Assembly: GCA_964354805.1 (NCBI GenBank)
Contig: CAYHBD010000009.1
Span: 64,001-128,000, forward strand
DNA length: 64,000 nt
Origin: an uncultured archaeon
Lineage (GTDB): Archaea > Iainarchaeota > Iainarchaeia > Iainarchaeales > GCA-2688035
Reading direction: 5' to 3'
A program made the position numbers and the translations under genes. Shown here one piece after another: positions 10,016-19,213 of the stretch; within the stretch, counting starts at the first letter, position 1, and each line of letters opens with the position of its first letter. A model generated the notes under the pieces. That model searched no databases. It worked only from the letters and a program-made list of their open reading frames with translations, and was not told where the DNA came from.

Positions 10016-10543
10016 ATGGCAGCAGGGAAGCAAAAAAAAGAAACAGTGAAAAAAGAGGCTAAGAAGCAGGAGGAGGCATCAGGCCAGCTGCTTGCTGGCA
10101 TTAGGATAAGGGGCAATGCAGGCCTTCCACCTGATGTAAAGAAAACACTGCAATTGCTTAGCCTGCATAAAGTGAACCATTTGGTTTTGGTTGACACTGC
10201 CCAGAAGGGAATGCTGCAAAAAGTCAGCCAGTTCATTGCATTCGGGGAAGTCGATGAAAAAACCCTTGCTTTGCTTTTGCAGCGCAGGGGCAGGCTGCAG
10301 GGAGACAAAAGGCTTGACCAAAAATTTTTGCGCGAAAAAAAGATCGAAGGATTTCCAGCGCTGGCTGCTGCCGTAATCGAAAAAAAAGGAAAACTGCGCG
10401 AACTCGGCATAAAGCCAGTTTTCAGGCTGCACCCGCCAAGCAAAGGCTTTGAACGCAAGGGCATCAAGAAAGATTATAACATCGGGGGCGCGCTTGGATA
10501 CAGGGGCGCCGACATGAATAAATTGATTTTGAGGATGATTTGA
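10016..10543 (+). CDS. rpl30: 50S ribosomal protein uL30
   Basis: IRIRG, GMLQKV, KPVFRLHPPSKGF, GGALGYRG. Confidence 0.96.
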   Translation: MAAGKQKKETVKKEAKKQEEASGQLLAGIRIRGNAGLPPDVKKTLQLLSLHKVNHLVLVDTAQKGMLQKVSQFIAFGEVDEKTLALLLQRRGRLQGDKRLDQKFLREKKIEGFPALAAAVIEKKGKLRELGIKPVFRLHPPSKGFERKGIKKDYNIGGALGYRGADMNKLILRMI

Positions 10544-10556
10544 AGAGTGATTGAGT

Positions 10557-11117
10557 ATGGTTGTAAGGAGAAGCAGGAAGCGTGAAAAGCTGAGGGGCCA
10601 GCGAACACACGGGCATGGCAACACAAAGAACAGAAGAGGCGGCGGAAGCAGGGGCGGAAGAGGCAGGGCTGGCTCGCACAAGCACAAATTCAACCAGAAC
10701 TTTGATTTCTTTGGCTCGGAGAGAAAGAGAATAAAGCCAAAACAGGAAACAAAGGCAATAAATTTGGGGCAATTAGTGCAGCAGCTGCCTAAGCTGGCGG
10801 AGCTGAAAAAAGTTGAAAAACGGGTAAACAGCTTTGTCATAGACGGAAAAAAAATTGGCTTTGACAAAATTCTTTCAATGGGCACAGTCCAGGAAAAACT
10901 CGCTGTAAAAAACATGCGAGTGAGCAAAAAAGCAAGAGAAAAAATCCTGAAAGCAGGCGGAAAAATAGAGGAAATGGAAACAGGCGCAAAAGTGAAAGAA
11001 GCGAAAAAAGGGGAAACAGGCAAGGAAAAGGAAGAGGCTGCTGCAACGGAAGAAGATGAAGAGGAACTTGAATTTGAAGAAGCCGAAACAGAAGAAGAGG
11101 ATGCTGAAGCAAAGTGA
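10557..11117 (+). CDS. rpl15: 50S ribosomal protein uL15 with acidic tail
   Basis: RGQRTHGHG, GSRGGRGRAG, KILKAGG. Confidence 0.96.
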   Translation: MVVRRSRKREKLRGQRTHGHGNTKNRRGGGSRGGRGRAGSHKHKFNQNFDFFGSERKRIKPKQETKAINLGQLVQQLPKLAELKKVEKRVNSFVIDGKKIGFDKILSMGTVQEKLAVKNMRVSKKAREKILKAGGKIEEMETGAKVKEAKKGETGKEKEEAAATEEDEEELEFEEAETEEEDAEAK

Positions 11118-11203
11118 AATAGCAAAGAAATTTGAGAAAAGATAAAAAAAATAAAGAGGCAAAGCAGAAAAAGGAAAAAAAAGAAGAAAAAGGTGTGACA
11201 ACA

Positions 11204-12568
11204 ATGGGTTTGCTTGATACGCTTGAACCGATCTTCAGAATGCTGCCAGAGGTAAAGTCTCCTGCAAAAGAGCAGACCCTGCAAAGAAAGCTGATGTGGA
11301 CAGCCATTGCCTTGATTTTGTTTTTCATAATGGGAAGAATTAGTTTATTTGGATTGGCTCTGGAAAGGGCTGACTATTTGCAGGGATTGCAGACAATTCT
11401 GGCAAGCGACATGGGAACATTGATCAGCGCAGGCATTGGCCCAATAGTTTTGGCTTCAATCATCCTGCAACTGCTTGTAGGAGCAAAGTTCCTGAACATT
11501 GATTTGGGCAATCCAAAGGACAGGGCAAGATTCCAGAGCCTGCAAAAGCTGTTTGCAATTTTTTTATGCTTTTTTGAGGGAGCAGCATACACAATCACCG
11601 GAACGCCATTGCTTGCAATGCCTGGAATGATGCCAATAGTTATTTTACAGGTTGCAATTGGCTCAATCATTCTGCTTTACCTGGATGAAGTTGTTTCAAA
11701 ATACGGCATTGGCTCAGGCATAAGCCTGTTCATTGCTGGAAATGTCAGCTCAGCATTCTTTTGGCAGGTGTTTGCGCCGCCGATAGCAGATAATCCGTTA
11801 GGCGGTGATCTAGTCAGATTTATCTCCTCACTTGGCACTGGAGTGGATTTCCTGATATTGCTGCCAATCTTTATAGCAATAATCATTTTCCTGGTTGTTG
11901 TCTTCGCTGAGGGAATGCACGTGAACATTCCAATCACAATGGGAGTCAGGGGAATGGGCGGAAGGTTCCCGGTGAAGCTGCTGTATGTAAGCAACCTGCC
12001 TGTTATTCTGGCTGTTGCATTGTTTGCAAACCTGCAGCTGATGGCTGAAATAATGAAAAACCTTCCAGTGATAGGGGCAATAGCAGGCGCAATCAGCTGG
12101 GCAACAAACAGCCCATACAATTTATTCGGCGACCTTATAGGGAAAATAGGCACAGACGGCCTGCTGCCTGCACTGAACTTCATGGCACCGGAACTCTTCC
12201 ACGCAGTCGTTTACATGATTGTTTTAACTGTATGCTGCGTTGTATTCGGTTACTTTTGGGTTCAAATGGCAGGCCAAGGTCCCAGCGCTGTGGCAGAGCA
12301 ATTGCAGCGCAGCGGAATGTACATTCCCGGCTTCAGGCGGGACAAGAGAATAATTGAAGGAATCCTGAACAGGTATATCCCGATAATAACCATTTTGGGA
12401 AGCATTTTTGTTGCACTGCTTGCCGGATTCGGCAACATGGCTTTGAAAACACTGAGCAGCGGAACAGGAATACTGCTGACAGTAGGCATAGTTTACAGGC
12501 TGTACGAAGAGCTTGCAAAAGAGCAAATGGTTGCAATGCACCCAGTGCTTGGAAAATTGTTTAAGTGA
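11204..12568 (+). CDS. secY: Preprotein translocase subunit SecY
   Basis: GIGPIVLASIILQLL, SKYGIGSGISLFIA, KLLYVSNLPVIL, IPGFRRD, GTGILLTV; start put at ATG 11204 after GGTG. Confidence 0.97.
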   Translation: MGLLDTLEPIFRMLPEVKSPAKEQTLQRKLMWTAIALILFFIMGRISLFGLALERADYLQGLQTILASDMGTLISAGIGPIVLASIILQLLVGAKFLNIDLGNPKDRARFQSLQKLFAIFLCFFEGAAYTITGTPLLAMPGMMPIVILQVAIGSIILLYLDEVVSKYGIGSGISLFIAGNVSSAFFWQVFAPPIADNPLGGDLVRFISSLGTGVDFLILLPIFIAIIIFLVVVFAEGMHVNIPITMGVRGMGGRFPVKLLYVSNLPVILAVALFANLQLMAEIMKNLPVIGAIAGAISWATNSPYNLFGDLIGKIGTDGLLPALNFMAPELFHAVVYMIVLTVCCVVFGYFWVQMAGQGPSAVAEQLQRSGMYIPGFRRDKRIIEGILNRYIPIITILGSIFVALLAGFGNMALKTLSSGTGILLTVGIVYRLYEELAKEQMVAMHPVLGKLFK

Positions 12569-12679
12569 AAATAGGTTAGGTGAAGAAGAGATGGCAAAAA
12601 AAGTGGATGGTTTAAATTTTATTCCTTTTCAAATTAATATAAGGCATTGCCTTAAACCGAATTTTTCAGGTGAGCAATA

Positions 12680-13189
12680 ATGGTATTCATCAGCCCGGCA
12701 ATAGACATCGGCCTGATTTCAGTGGCCCTGGTAGTCGTCAGCAGGTTTTTGCAAAGCAAGTTGGTTGACAAGGAAAAACAGAAAGCAGCCCAGCAGAGAA
12801 TGAAGGAAAAACAGAAAAGAATGAAGGAATTGATTGCAAGCAATGATGAAAGAAGCAAAAACGAGGCAGCTGCCCTGCAGCGGGAAATGTTCGCTGAAAT
12901 GGGTGAAAGCATGCAGGGAAGCATGAGGTACATGATGGTGAGCCTGCCGTTTTTCCTGGTTGTGTATGCAGCGCTTGGGTTCCTTTATGGCGGGCTTTAT
13001 TTTGATGCACTTTTCCCAATTCCAAAATTCCAAGGCATTATCCCAGTCAGCCTGACAACCAAAACAGGCTGGTTCAAATGGTATTTTTTCAATTACCTGA
13101 TTGCATCAATTGTTTTGGGAATTATAATAAAGGTTTGGGCAAAATCAAGGGAAGAAAAAAAAGCGGGATTAAATGCCGAAGCGAAGTGA
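12680..13189 (+). CDS. DUF106/EMC3-TMCO1 family membrane insertase (Oxa1 superfamily)
   Basis: TM-coiled-coil-TM layout, GWFKWYF motif, conserved position after secY. Confidence 0.85.
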   Translation: MVFISPAIDIGLISVALVVVSRFLQSKLVDKEKQKAAQQRMKEKQKRMKELIASNDERSKNEAAALQREMFAEMGESMQGSMRYMMVSLPFFLVVYAALGFLYGGLYFDALFPIPKFQGIIPVSLTTKTGWFKWYFFNYLIASIVLGIIIKVWAKSREEKKAGLNAEAK

Positions 13190-13300
13190 AAGATAAAAAA
13201 AAATCAAAAAAAAGGTTAAAAGCAAAGAAAAGAAAAGGTAAACAACAAACTGAAATGAAAAAAAACTGAAAAAAAAGAAAAGCAAAAAAAGTGGTGTTAA

Positions 13301-13636
13301 ATGCCGAAGCGAAGTGAAAGATCAAAGAAAAAGAAATTCAGGAGAAGGCCAAGCGGAAAAGCCGAGGCTGTTTATGTCAGGGGCAAGCCAGGAAAGCACC
13401 ACTGCGCCCTGTGCGGTGCAGTACTGCACGGCATGCCGCACTCAAAAACAGCGGCTGAAGTGAGAAAGCTGAGCAAAACCCAGCGAAGGCCAAGCGCTTT
13501 GTTTGCAGGCACTTTGTGCACCAAATGCAGGACAATTGTGGTTGAGGAAGCTGCATTGCTGAACTGCGGTGCAAAGCAGCAGCAGGACATTGAATTGCGC
13601 TTGCGGAAATTCGTGCAAGCGGTTAAGGTGATTTGA
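13301..13636 (+). CDS. rpl34e: 50S ribosomal protein eL34
   Basis: CALCGAVLHG, LSKTQRRP, GTLCTKC. Confidence 0.94.
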   Translation: MPKRSERSKKKKFRRRPSGKAEAVYVRGKPGKHHCALCGAVLHGMPHSKTAAEVRKLSKTQRRPSALFAGTLCTKCRTIVVEEAALLNCGAKQQQDIELRLRKFVQAVKVI

Positions 13637-13909
13637 ATGGCCGGCCTAGCAGTTGGAATGGTTTGCATTAAAACAAAGGGAAGGGAAGCCGGCAGGAAAG
13701 CCGTCATACTTGAATTTGACAAAAAGAAAGGCGTTGCATTGATCGAAGGGCAGTTTGTCAAGAAGCGCATGTGCAATGTAATGCATTTGCTGCCCACCGG
13801 AGAAACAGTTGACGTGCAAAAGCTGGAATTCAAAAAGCCGGCAAGGAAGCAAAAAAAGGAAAAACCTGAAAAGAAAGAACCGGAAAAGGCAACAAATAAG
13901 AAGAAATAG
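13637..13909 (+). CDS. rpl14e: 50S ribosomal protein eL14
   Basis: VGMVCIKTKGREAGRKAVI, KRMCNVMHLLPT. Confidence 0.94.
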   Translation: MAGLAVGMVCIKTKGREAGRKAVILEFDKKKGVALIEGQFVKKRMCNVMHLLPTGETVDVQKLEFKKPARKQKKEKPEKKEPEKATNKKK

Positions 13910-14090
13910 GAAACGCAGATAAAAAGCAGATAGGCGGAATGAAAAAAAATTAAATTAAAAAAAACCGGGAAAAAATTAAAAGAGGAAAAAAGAAAATTGA
14001 AAAAATTGCAAAAGAACAGGGAAAGGCAAAGAAATGAAATTTTGCAGGGCAATGGGAAAAAAAGCAAGCATGAAAAATGAATTGGGTTGA

Positions 14091-14741
14091 ATGATTTTTA
14101 TGGCTGGAAAAAACAAGAAGCACGATGCTCAAGAGCGAAAGGAAGGCAGCGAAAAAAAGAAGGGCAAAACGCCAAGGCCAGGACCGGCTGAAAAGCCAAA
14201 GGCAATGCAGCCTGTTGAAATGGAGCCAGGCATGCGTTACATTGTGAGGATTTCCGCAAAGGACCTGAACGGAAACCTGCCTATTTACAGGGCTCTGGCG
14301 AACATAAGGGGCATTGGCCTCAGGATGGCGCGCAATATGGCGATTGCTTTCGAACAGGAAACAAAAACTCCATTCGACAGCAGGCTTGGCAAGCTTCCAG
14401 AGGAAATGGACAAGACACTGCAGGACATTGTAATCAACCCTGGAAAGCACGGGATTCCACAGTGGAGCCTGAACAGGAGAAAGGAATTTGAAACAGGCGA
14501 AAACAGGCATTTGGTTATGGCAGACCTGGATCTGCAGCTGAGAAAGGACCTCCAGAGGCTTAATTTAATCAAAAGCTACAGGGGCCTGAGGCACAGCTGG
14601 GGCCTGCCAGTAAGGGGCCAACACACAAAGTCAACCCACAGGGGCAAAGGGCCGGTTGTCGGAGTTTTGAAGAAAGAGGCAAAGGCCGCATTGGCTGCCG
14701 CAGGCAAAGAAACAGAAAAGAAAGAGGAAAAGAAAAAATAA
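14091..14741 (+). CDS. rps13: 30S ribosomal protein uS13 (start may be 14100)
   Basis: IRGIG, IPQWSLNRRK, SYRGLRHSWGLPVRGQHTK. Confidence 0.97.
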   Translation: MIFMAGKNKKHDAQERKEGSEKKKGKTPRPGPAEKPKAMQPVEMEPGMRYIVRISAKDLNGNLPIYRALANIRGIGLRMARNMAIAFEQETKTPFDSRLGKLPEEMDKTLQDIVINPGKHGIPQWSLNRRKEFETGENRHLVMADLDLQLRKDLQRLNLIKSYRGLRHSWGLPVRGQHTKSTHRGKGPVVGVLKKEAKAALAAAGKETEKKEEKKK

Positions 14742-14821
14742 TTGGGAAAAAAATTGAAGAGTGAAAAAAAAGCAAAAAGGAAGAAGTAAAAAGAAGCACA
14801 ACAAAAAAAGCGTGATGAGTA

Positions 14822-15538
14822 ATGGGCAACCCGAAGAAGACATCAAAGCATTATGACAGGCCATTGCGGCTTTGGGACAAGGAGAACCTTGAGAAAGAAA
14901 GGATACTGAAAACCACATTTGGCTTGAAGAACAAGCGCGAGCTTTGGAGAGTGCAGACAGTGCTGAGCAGGAAGAGGAAAACCGCAAGGCAGCTGCTTGC
15001 AGTTCAGCCAGAGCAGAGGGCAAAGAAAGAGCGCGAGCTGTTGGACAGCCTTGCAAGGCTCGGCTTGGTGAATGAGAGCGCTGCCCTTGACGATGTCCTG
15101 ACTTTGAGCGTTGAAGCGGTTTTAGAGAGGAGATTGCAGACAATTGTCTGGAGAAAAGGCCTTGCAAACAGCCCAAAGCAGGCAAGGCAGTTCATTGTCC
15201 ACGGGCACATTGCTGTAAAAGGAAAAAAGGTCAGCGCACCATCATACCTTGTGCCAGCAGGCGAGGAAGAAAAAATTTCTTACTACGGTGAAAAAATGCA
15301 GTTGGCGCCGCCTGTCAAAAAGGAAAAAAAGAAGCCCACAGCAGAAGAGGCGGCTGAAAGCGCAGAGGGCGTGGAAACCGAAGAGATTGAGGGGGAACAG
15401 GCTGAAGGGCTTGCAGAGGGAGAAATGGCTTTGGAAGAAATTAGCGAGGAAACCAGCGAAGATTTGGAAATCCCGGCTGGCGAAACAACCGCAGGGAAAA
15501 ATGAAACAGTGCCTGATTCCAAGGAAGGTGCTAAATAA
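14822..15538 (+). CDS. rps4: 30S ribosomal protein uS4 with acidic tail
   Basis: FGLKNKRELW, LERRLQTIV, QARQFIVHGHI, PSYLV. Confidence 0.97.
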   Translation: MGNPKKTSKHYDRPLRLWDKENLEKERILKTTFGLKNKRELWRVQTVLSRKRKTARQLLAVQPEQRAKKERELLDSLARLGLVNESAALDDVLTLSVEAVLERRLQTIVWRKGLANSPKQARQFIVHGHIAVKGKKVSAPSYLVPAGEEEKISYYGEKMQLAPPVKKEKKKPTAEEAAESAEGVETEEIEGEQAEGLAEGEMALEEISEETSEDLEIPAGETTAGKNETVPDSKEGAK

Positions 15539-15921
15539 TGGGAAAAAAGGGAATTGTCCACATTTTTGCCTCGAGGAATAACACGATTATTTTGCTTACT
15601 GACATAACAGGCGCGGAAACAATTGCAAAGTGCAGCGGCGGCGTGGTTGTCAAAGCCCAGCACAAAGAGGGAAGCCCTTATGCAGCAATGAAGGTTGCAG
15701 AGATTGTTGCAGACAAAGCAAGAGAGCGGGAGATAAGGGAAGTGCATGTAAAGGTCAGGGCAGCAGGCGGCAACAAGAGCAACAGCCCTGGAGCAGGCAG
15801 CGAGGCGGCAATCAGGTCACTTACAAGAGCAGGCCTGCTAATCAGGTCAATTGAGAACGTCACCCCAATACCGCACAACGGATGCAGGAAGAAGAAGCGC
15901 TACAGGGGAAAGAAAACATGA
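15538..15921 (+). CDS. rps11: 30S ribosomal protein uS11
   Basis: NNTII, GAETI, SPYAAM, SPGAG, VTPIPHNG. Confidence 0.97.
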   Translation: MGKKGIVHIFASRNNTIILLTDITGAETIAKCSGGVVVKAQHKEGSPYAAMKVAEIVADKAREREIREVHVKVRAAGGNKSNSPGAGSEAAIRSLTRAGLLIRSIENVTPIPHNGCRKKKRYRGKKT

Positions 15922-16081
15922 AAATCCGGGCGCTGCAAAAATATTGAAACAATTTAGAAAAAATTAAAAAAGATTGAATAATTGAATGCACAAATTTTTT
16001 TAAAAAGGTGAAAAAGAGCAGAAAAAAATTGTGAACATTCATTTAAAAAAAAGTTGAAGGAAATAAAAAGGTGAACCGAAA

Positions 16082-16840
16082 ATGGCTATCAGAATTAAAA
16101 AGATTGATGAAAAAAATAACGCGAGCAGGTATCTGGTTAAGGGAACAAGCATTGCGCTTTTGAATGCAATCAGGAGAAGCGTGATGCTGCACGTGCCCTG
16201 CCTTGCAATAGAGGATGTTGCAATTTACGAGAACGATTCAGTGATGTTTGACGAATTCCTCGCACACAGGCTTGGAATGCTTGCACTGCAGACCGATGCA
16301 AAAGGCTACGACAAGGGTGACAAGGTGAAAATGGTTTTAGAGAAAGAAGGCCCATGCATGGTTTACAGCAAGGACATCAAGAGCACTGACCCAAAAATTG
16401 AGGTAACCGACAAAAAAATTCCATTGGTCAAGCTTGGCAAAGGGCATAAGCTAAGGATTGAAATGCAGGCGGTCATGCAAAGCGGCAAAGAACACACCAA
16501 ATGGCAGCCGGCAATAATTGCATACCAGGAAGTGCCGGTCATAAGCACTGAAAAGAACTGCAACCACTGCGGCGAATGCGTCACTGCCTGCCCGAAATCA
16601 GTCCTTGAAATAAAAGCAAAAAACGTTGTGCTGACCCAGCCGCTTGAATGCATTCTATGCGGCGCATGCAGGGACGCATGCGAAAGAAACGCACTGGTCA
16701 TTGACGTGGAAAAAGATTCATTCATCCTGCAAATTGAGCCAATAACAGGCCTGACAGCAAACCAGATAATCGACAAGGCAATTGCAGAACTGCAGGAAAA
16801 AAGCGAACAAGCTGAAAAACAGCTGCAAAAAATCAAATGA
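16082..16840 (+). CDS. rpoD: RNA polymerase subunit Rpo3 (D) with ferredoxin-like 2x[4Fe-4S] domain
   Basis: NAIRR, FDEFLAHRLG, GKEHTKWQP, CxxCxxCxxxCP and CxxCxxCxxxC. Confidence 0.96.
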   Translation: MAIRIKKIDEKNNASRYLVKGTSIALLNAIRRSVMLHVPCLAIEDVAIYENDSVMFDEFLAHRLGMLALQTDAKGYDKGDKVKMVLEKEGPCMVYSKDIKSTDPKIEVTDKKIPLVKLGKGHKLRIEMQAVMQSGKEHTKWQPAIIAYQEVPVISTEKNCNHCGECVTACPKSVLEIKAKNVVLTQPLECILCGACRDACERNALVIDVEKDSFILQIEPITGLTANQIIDKAIAELQEKSEQAEKQLQKIK

Positions 16841-16935
16841 ACAGCAGGGGAAAATGACGTCGCAGGAATAGAAAAAAACTGAAAAAAACAAAGGAGGTTA
16901 ACAATTAATACTTTGCCTTGAAAAAACATTATTAT

Positions 16936-17081
16936 GCAGGGGTACCCAAGCGGTCAAAGGGGCAGGAGAATTTTTTAAGACACCGTTCTAAAAAAATTCT
17001 GCCAAACTTAAGACCCTTTCCAACGAGGAGAAGAAATCCTGTGGCTTAGTGCCTTCGGGGGTTCAAATCCTCCCCCCTGCA
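16936..17081 (+). tRNA. tRNA-Leu(UAA) with two introns (16967-17005 at 30/31; 17013-17035 at 37/38)
   Basis: Acceptor GCAGGGG/CCCCTGC+A73, anticodon stem CAGGA/TCCTG, loop CTTAAGA after splicing, long variable arm, GGTTCAAATCC; mature length 84 nt; usual rpoD-tRNA-Leu-rpl18e position. Confidence 0.92.
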
Positions 17082-17083
17082 CA

Positions 17084-17170
17084 ACACTTTTTCTTTTAGG
17101 AAAAGAAAAAGTGTATTAAAAGAAAAGAACCAATTGCTTCGCAATTGGTAAGAAAAAGTGTATTAAAAGA
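17084..17170. repeat. Hairpin/direct-repeat cluster downstream of tRNA
   Basis: ACACTTTTTCTTTT-agg-AAAAGAAAAAGTGT; ACCAATTGC-ttc-GCAATTGGT; AGAAAAAGTGTATTAAAAGAAAA twice. Confidence 0.7.
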
Positions 17171-17214
17171 AAAAAAAGAGAAAAATTTGTTTTAGAAAAC
17201 AAAGAAGTGGGATT

Positions 17215-17586
17215 ATGGCAAAAAGAACTGGCCCGACAGGGATGAAAACAAAGCAGGTTATCGCTTTGCTGCAGAAAGCAGGAAGGAAGGAAAAAAAAGC
17301 GATTTGGCTAGACATAGCTGAAAGGCTGCAGGCGCCGAGAAGGCAGAGGCCGTCAGTGAACCTCTGGAAGATTGAAAAACTTTCGGCGATATTCAAAGAA
17401 AGGGATTTTCTCGTTCCAGGAAAGGTTTTAGCACACGGCCTGCTGCAGGCAAAGCCCACAGTCATTGCATTCGAGTTCAGCTCAGGTGCCAGAAAAAAAA
17501 TTATTGACGCAGGCGGCACTGCCCTGACAATAGAGCAGGCGCTGCAGAAAAAAATCAAACCGAGCAAAATAGTGATCGTGAAATGA
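17215..17586 (+). CDS. rpl18e: 50S ribosomal protein eL18
   Basis: AIWLDIAERL, VNLWKI, VPGKVL, FSSGARKKI. Confidence 0.96.
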   Translation: MAKRTGPTGMKTKQVIALLQKAGRKEKKAIWLDIAERLQAPRRQRPSVNLWKIEKLSAIFKERDFLVPGKVLAHGLLQAKPTVIAFEFSSGARKKIIDAGGTALTIEQALQKKIKPSKIVIVK

Positions 17587-18017
17587 GCAAAGAAAAAATT
17601 TTGATTGATGCCCAGAACAGCGTTTTGGGCAGGCTTGCCAGCTTTGCCGCAAAAAAAGCACTGCAGGGCGAACAGGTTGCAGTAGTCAACGCAGAGAAAG
17701 CGGTAATAACAGGCAGCAGGGATTACGCAATGCAAAGGCTTAAAGTAAAGCTTGACCTGCATTCAAAAGGCAACCCGAGAAAGGGCCCGAAATACAGCAG
17801 AATGCCTGACAAGGTGCTGAGAAGGGCGATAAGGGGAATGCTGCCGTTTGAAAGAAAAAGAGGCAGGGAAGCATTCAAAAGGGTGCAGGTATTCATCTCA
17901 ATCCCGGCAGAAATGCAAGGAAAGCAATTCACCAAGCTGGATGTTGCAGCCCACAGCGCAAAACAGCGCTATGTTGAATTAGGCACAATATGCAGATTGC
18001 TTGGGGCAAAATGGTGA
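17583..18017 (+). CDS. rpl13: 50S ribosomal protein uL13
   Basis: LGRLAS, NAEKAVITG, IRGMLP. Confidence 0.96.
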   Translation: MSKEKILIDAQNSVLGRLASFAAKKALQGEQVAVVNAEKAVITGSRDYAMQRLKVKLDLHSKGNPRKGPKYSRMPDKVLRRAIRGMLPFERKRGREAFKRVQVFISIPAEMQGKQFTKLDVAAHSAKQRYVELGTICRLLGAKW

Positions 18018-18131
18018 GGAAAAAAACTTAAAGGAAAACAAGAAGATGCTTGGGGCAAAATGATAAAAAAAATGGAAAAAAATAAGGCAGCTTTGCAGAA
18101 AAAGACATTTGGATCAAAATAGTGAATTTTT

Positions 18132-18689
18132 ATGGAAACCGGAAAAGAAGAAGCAATTGACGCAGAAGAGCAGCTGGCAGCTGCGGATGCAGCTGTTGCA
18201 CCGGCTGCACCTGTAAAACAGCCTGCGAATGCACAGGCGGAAACCGAAGGCCCTGCTGCAGTGCCTGCCAGAAAAAAGAAGCACAAAAGAAAAACAGGCA
18301 TGAATGTCAAGGCAAAGAAGAAAACAGCTGTTGCAAGGGCAACAGTGAGAAAGGGCAGCGGAAAAATCAAAATCAACCATAGGCTGCTGCAATTGTTCGA
18401 GCCAAATTATGTAAAGCAGTTCATCACCGAACCGGTTTCAATCGCCGGCGATTTGGCAAAACAAGTTGACATTAATGTGCATGTGAAAGGCGGAGGCGCA
18501 ATGGGCCAGGCTGTTGCAGCAAGAGGCGCGATAGCAAAAGCCCTGCTTTTGTACAGCAGGGACCACAAACTGCGCAGCACTTTCCTGACTTACGACAGAA
18601 TGCTTTTGGTTGATGACGTGAGAAGGGTTGAACCAAAAAAGCCCTTGGGAACAAAGGCAAGAAAGAAAAAGCAGAAAAGCAAAAGGTAA
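18132..18689 (+). CDS. rps9: 30S ribosomal protein uS9 with Ala/Glu-rich N-terminal extension
   Basis: KKTAVARA, VKGGGAMGQA, YDRMLLVDDVRRVEPKK, QKSKR. Confidence 0.96.
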   Translation: METGKEEAIDAEEQLAAADAAVAPAAPVKQPANAQAETEGPAAVPARKKKHKRKTGMNVKAKKKTAVARATVRKGSGKIKINHRLLQLFEPNYVKQFITEPVSIAGDLAKQVDINVHVKGGGAMGQAVAARGAIAKALLLYSRDHKLRSTFLTYDRMLLVDDVRRVEPKKPLGTKARKKKQKSKR

Positions 18690-18730
18690 GCCTTTTCTTT
18701 TTTAAAAAAAAGAAAAGCCTTGTGAAAAGA
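18688..18730 (+). repeat. REP-like hairpin element, copy 2
   Basis: AAGCC-TTTTCTTTTT..AAAAAGAAAA-GCCTT-GTGAAAAG. Confidence 0.7.
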
Positions 18731-18922
18731 AAAAATGGAATCAAGGAGAAAGAAAAAGCAGAAAAGCAAAAGGTGAAGAAGAGCAGAATCAACTGAAACA
18801 GGAAAAATGACGAGGATAAAAAAAATGATTTAAAAATGAAGTTAATTAAAAAAAATAAATTCAAATCAAACAATAAAAAAAATTAATGCAGACAAAAAAT
18901 GAAAAAAATGGAGGGTGTGAAA

Positions 18923-19117
18923 ATGCTTGTTCCGATTCGATGTTTCAGCTGCGGAAAGCAGCTGGCTGGAATGTTTGAGCAATTCAGGCAAAGGGTTGAC
19001 AAAGGCGAAAAGCCTGAAAAGGTTCTGGACGAGCTCGGGGTAAAGCGGTATTGCTGCAGGAGAATGCTGTTCACGCAGGCTGACCTGATTGACGAAATAA
19101 TGCAGTACAAAAAATGA
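18923..19117 (+). CDS. rpoN: RNA polymerase subunit Rpo10 (N)
   Basis: MLVPIRCFSCGK, LDELGVKRYCCRRM. Confidence 0.97.
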   Translation: MLVPIRCFSCGKQLAGMFEQFRQRVDKGEKPEKVLDELGVKRYCCRRMLFTQADLIDEIMQYKK

Positions 19118-19213
19118 ACGCAAACCAAAAGGAGAACCAAAAGGAAAAAGGAGTGAAATTAATTTTAAGCAAATGCAAACCAAGAGAGGAGACAGAAAAA
19201 GGGTTGAGTGCAG

